Shown: piece after piece, positions 60,250-64,000 of the stretch
Layout: every line of letters starts with the position of its first letter
Numbering within the stretch: position 1 is the stretch's first letter
Assembly: GCA_004022145.1 (NCBI GenBank)
Contig: RCNU01000005.1
Strand: one strand, 5' to 3'
Length of the DNA: 64,000 nucleotides
From: Paecilomyces variotii
Lineage: Eukaryota
Notes under the pieces: model-generated
Databases searched by the model: none
Seen by the model: only the letters and a program-made list of their open reading frames with translations
What the model was told of the DNA's origin: nothing
Made by a program: the position numbers and the translations under genes

Positions 60250-61860
60250 ATGGCAGCTGCAACTCTGCCAATTGAGATTATTCAATTAATACTTCTCTCC
60301 GCGGAACCCGAAGCGTACCATTCCGCCCGCCTCGCGTGCAATTCCTGGAGACATGCTGCCTCGAGCTCTTTCATGCTTCGAGAGGCACTCAAAAAGACGC
60401 CAACTCCGCTCCCTCCAGTGGAGGACATGACAGAGGATGACTGGAATACTCTCTTCAACCAGATTGCGCACCTCAATCTACTGGACAGACGCGACCATAT
60501 CGAGAAGATGGTTATAGAGCAAAAACGCCCACCGAAGTGTACATTTTCCACAGTTGTTGCTGTGTCGGGTGATCGCTCGAAGCTCGCGGCAATGCATGGA
60601 TCCAGGGTTGTCGTCTACAACATCAATAACGAGACTCACGACCTCGAATTCGGCCTCGCTCGATCTCTCTATCCTCTATGGACAACCATGAGTCGCACAT
60701 TGGCTGACGGCATGAGGAGTTGGATGACCATGGGCCAGCATTACGCCAAATATCACATCGCCCTCTCGACTCATGGCAACTTGATCGCAGTCGCTCTGGG
60801 AAAGTCTATCCACATCTATGATCTCCAAAACCCGAGCAGCCTCGATTCTCCCGCAGAAGGCGTAATTGGGGATAATGAGACGGTTTCTGTCGCGGCTGGT
60901 GTCACCGGATACGAGGAGGCAAAGGGAGTGGTCGAGTCTCTGGAGTTCGTCGAAAACGACAGTCTACTTCGCGTCGTGATTGGAAAGGAGCCAAATGCGA
61001 ATCGACAGACACGCGTGCGTTATCTGGGCAAGCCCCCTCCAAGATGGGGTTCCAGTCGCAGCTGTTCAACTGTCACAGAGAGCCTTGAGTATTGGAAAGA
61101 GAACATGAACCACATATACTTGGACTCTGTGGCACTTGCCGTTTCTTTCCGCGATGACAACAAGACTGCTTTCCAAGCGGTGCAGTTAGTACCAGAGTCG
61201 GTTTGTGAAGGCTGGACGGATCAGCCTGGGAGGTTCTTCATCGCAGCACTTCAAAATACCGGCATCAACGGCTACTGCATCGCCTTCGTTTCTAGCGTCG
61301 ACAATAAGGTCACCATATGGAGACAGCTACCATCGCGGACCGACCGGATATCAGATCGCTGGGCCAAGTTTTTCGAGCCGATTCCTCAAGAGAAGAAGTT
61401 GAGCCTCGCGGTCAGCGACGCCATGGTGGTCGCGCGAAATCGCCAAGTGGCCAAGGATCGCTGGAATCCAGTCAACATGCCATACGTCACGTCGACGCAT
61501 CCAATGGCGGCCATATCGGACGACGGGAAAATCCTAGTTGTTTTCGAGCCCGGGGCCGGACATTCATACAGCTTCTCGAATGGCGGTGCGCTTTATGTCT
61601 ACAGCATGCAGTGGTGTGATCCCGAGTTTAGACCGCGACAGTGCACCAGCGGAGACAAGCGATCATCACCTCAACAACAGCCCTTCTCCATTGATGGGGT
61701 GTCTCCAAGCATCCAACCGTGGTCTTTCCTCTTGGATATCATCAACGTCGACATCGACCGGCTCCGCGTTGAGGAGAGGGAGCAGCGAGAAGGGGCAGGA
61801 AAGGTGTACCTGGTCAGAGCCGAGACTGCCCATGAAGTGATGGAATGGCGGCTGGCCTGA
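60250..61860 (+). CDS. F-box domain protein with a probable beta-propeller-like C-terminus
   Basis: Intronless. LPIEIIQLILLS..ARLACNSWRHAA F-box pattern at the N-terminus, and WD-like strands (ALSTHGNLIAVALGKSIHIYDL, AISDDGKILVV). Confidence 0.75.
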   Translation: MAAATLPIEIIQLILLSAEPEAYHSARLACNSWRHAASSSFMLREALKKTPTPLPPVEDMTEDDWNTLFNQIAHLNLLDRRDHIEKMVIEQKRPPKCTFSTVVAVSGDRSKLAAMHGSRVVVYNINNETHDLEFGLARSLYPLWTTMSRTLADGMRSWMTMGQHYAKYHIALSTHGNLIAVALGKSIHIYDLQNPSSLDSPAEGVIGDNETVSVAAGVTGYEEAKGVVESLEFVENDSLLRVVIGKEPNANRQTRVRYLGKPPPRWGSSRSCSTVTESLEYWKENMNHIYLDSVALAVSFRDDNKTAFQAVQLVPESVCEGWTDQPGRFFIAALQNTGINGYCIAFVSSVDNKVTIWRQLPSRTDRISDRWAKFFEPIPQEKKLSLAVSDAMVVARNRQVAKDRWNPVNMPYVTSTHPMAAISDDGKILVVFEPGAGHSYSFSNGGALYVYSMQWCDPEFRPRQCTSGDKRSSPQQQPFSIDGVSPSIQPWSFLLDIINVDIDRLRVEEREQREGAGKVYLVRAETAHEVMEWRLA

Positions 61861-64000
61861 GAGCGGTGAAACGGAATGAATCATGGCATTACTGTACTTT
61901 TCGCGTCGGTAGCCATCTCCGCGTGGCTTCTTGACGTAAGCGTGAAAGAGGGAGTTACGGAGTTTCAACAGGTAATGGATGTGGCGCATTTGCAAGGCGT
62001 TCGGTTATAAGAAAAGTTTGGGTAAGATCAGCATGACAGCGATCAAATATTTTGGTGATTCCCGGTCCTACTGCATTGTATAGAGAACGAGATCTCAGTA
62101 ACATCCTGAGACCGCCGTACGTCTTTTCCTACAAGAATTGTTCTGATATGTTTATACGGGAATAGAAGCCTTTTTAGTTACTAGATGAGTCACAATAAAT
62201 TAATAACTAACTAGTTATTGGACTTTGAAACGGAATCAAGATTGAATTCTGCTTCCATCACGTGAGCTCAGATTAAAAAGGAGTCGTCACATAAGGTAAT
62301 CCATTACAGCAGCCCAGTCTCTAGTGTCCAAGCTCCAATGGTTTACGCTTCCTCGTAAGCAACATCTGAGGAAAGAAGAGGCTGTGTATTGGCACCTAAG
62401 GGATCAATCAGGGTGACCTACCGTCTTCATGGCTGTTTCTTGAGTTCTTCCAGGCTCTGAACCCAGACCTCGAACTTCTCTTGGAAATTGAATAGGTGGC
62501 CTGCCCCAGAACGCAGTATTACCTGCGCCCCAGGCATATAGGAATAATCGGAGACATCTGTGAAGAGATTACCTAACGGCAACTTCGGCTTCCGAAAGCA
62601 TCGGGAATGTTTCCAGGTGACATCGTAGACTAGTAACTAACTTCTGGGGCGAACCTCTTCTGTGTCTTCTAGAACACCATCCTCGCTGAGGCAACCTGCG
62701 CGAGAATACTCCGTAAACCCGGCAACGGAGATTTGCTGCCCCGAACCTTGCCAGTAATGAGCCGTTCTTGCGTGCTCTGACAGATTCGGCCACACGCGTC
62801 GACCGTGGTTGTTGGCTTGCACCGCCAGACGCACTACGCGATAGTGGCCGGAGTGGACACCGCCAGAAACGGGTCCCATCTGAGCTTAACACAACCTGAG
62901 ATGCGTCTTCTATCTAGTTAGCTATCTTTCATCAGACGAAAAGCAGAGATCGTTCACAGCATCTTTCATCATTTGCACTTGGTACCCAGCTCTTTTCCGG
63001 ATCGGAATGACCTGCGACGAGAATCAATGACGAATCTGAAAAGGGGTCTTGAAAATCATGGGCTTCAAGCCAGAGCAACACTTTCTCCAATCCGGAAAAA
63101 TCAGCCAATTGCACCAAAGTGACCATTCTGGAGTGCAGTCGAAGAAGTAATATCTTCTGATGAACGGCATATTCTCTGATATCAATGAAGAATCAGGACC
63201 AAAGACATGCGTCCGGATATGCCCCTGACAGCTTGGATCGCGTCTCGATCGTATGAACCCAACCAGTCCACAACCAGGCGCTCTTGACAGGCAGACAATA
63301 GTTTTGGCGTGGGTAGTCGATGGAGACAGTTCTGATGAAGAGGAACAGACTAGGCGTCTCGGATATCACAAACAATGCCTCAATTTTATGTCGGTGAATG
63401 TCGCGTCCTAGCACACGGGAAATTGCCTACGGACGATGGCTGCAGATGTCGCCTTCGTCCAGTATACAATGGCAAGCGATAATTCCTAATATGCAGCAAG
63501 GAGCACCAAGCCCGCTCTGAGGTTCTGTCAGTCGAGGTATCGCCAAATTCACAGCTAGATAATTGGAGGGTCCCTGTCAGTTTGTCCTTGGGTGTATTGC
63601 CTCATACAACCAGAAGTTCCAGAAGGAAATCCCAGTCTAATGGGAGACGCCGTTCAGATGTTGTTTGCAACATGCATATGCGTACATCGGAGTTTGGAAT
63701 TTCGTCGGTCTTTCGCCAAGGTACTGGACAATGACCAGCACGCCAAGATTTGTCTCTTGAAGACCTTGTCTTTCTATCCATAACCAATGAGACATCATAG
63801 TAATATGATGTCCTCAAATCCTGATCTGTGGATCTGAAAGACTGTAGACGTCTGCTGGTTTAGCTGCCGAAGCAGATGCAGACCACAAGGACATAATTGA
63901 CTGTCGAACCCTCCAAACCGTCTATCATGACTGACTTCAGAATTGGCTCAAATGATCAAATTCTTCACTGGCCTCTGGTGCCGCGTTGGTCATATTTAGC

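Noticed and set aside
62200..64000. Short ORFs at the right edge as a possible pseudogene or mobile-element boundary
   Set aside because: I translated parts of both strands and found no recognisable domain, splice chain or terminal repeat.

Overview
Gene-dense, intron-containing fungal chromosomal DNA. Gene content and splice signals point to a filamentous ascomycete, most likely Eurotiomycetes (inference). I can support about 20 protein genes. Most are housekeeping: clr4/DIM-5, CCH1, RPN13, RPL6, a fatty-acid hydroxylase/sterol desaturase-family gene, TSC10, SAS10, MSH5, HSP78, EFB1, EMC5, a UBE2S-like E2, SSD1, GLE1 and an F-box gene. There are also several small secreted or unknown proteins and an intron-encoded U18/snR18 snoRNA. 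I found no intact transposon, rRNA, tRNA or CRISPR array, and no multi-gene novel system. The best leads are: (1) an AT-rich, RIP-like island over the promoter and first intron of the H3K9 methyltransferase gene itself; (2) a nested ~140-nt hairpin in RPL6 intron 1; (3) a pile-up of weak or non-canonical splice sites in meiotic MSH5; (4) a secreted 8-Cys peptide at the left edge that the ORF track misses; (5) two unknown proteins that may have bacterial relatives; (6) a recurrent intergenic TACGGAGTA nonamer. All exon boundaries were read by eye.
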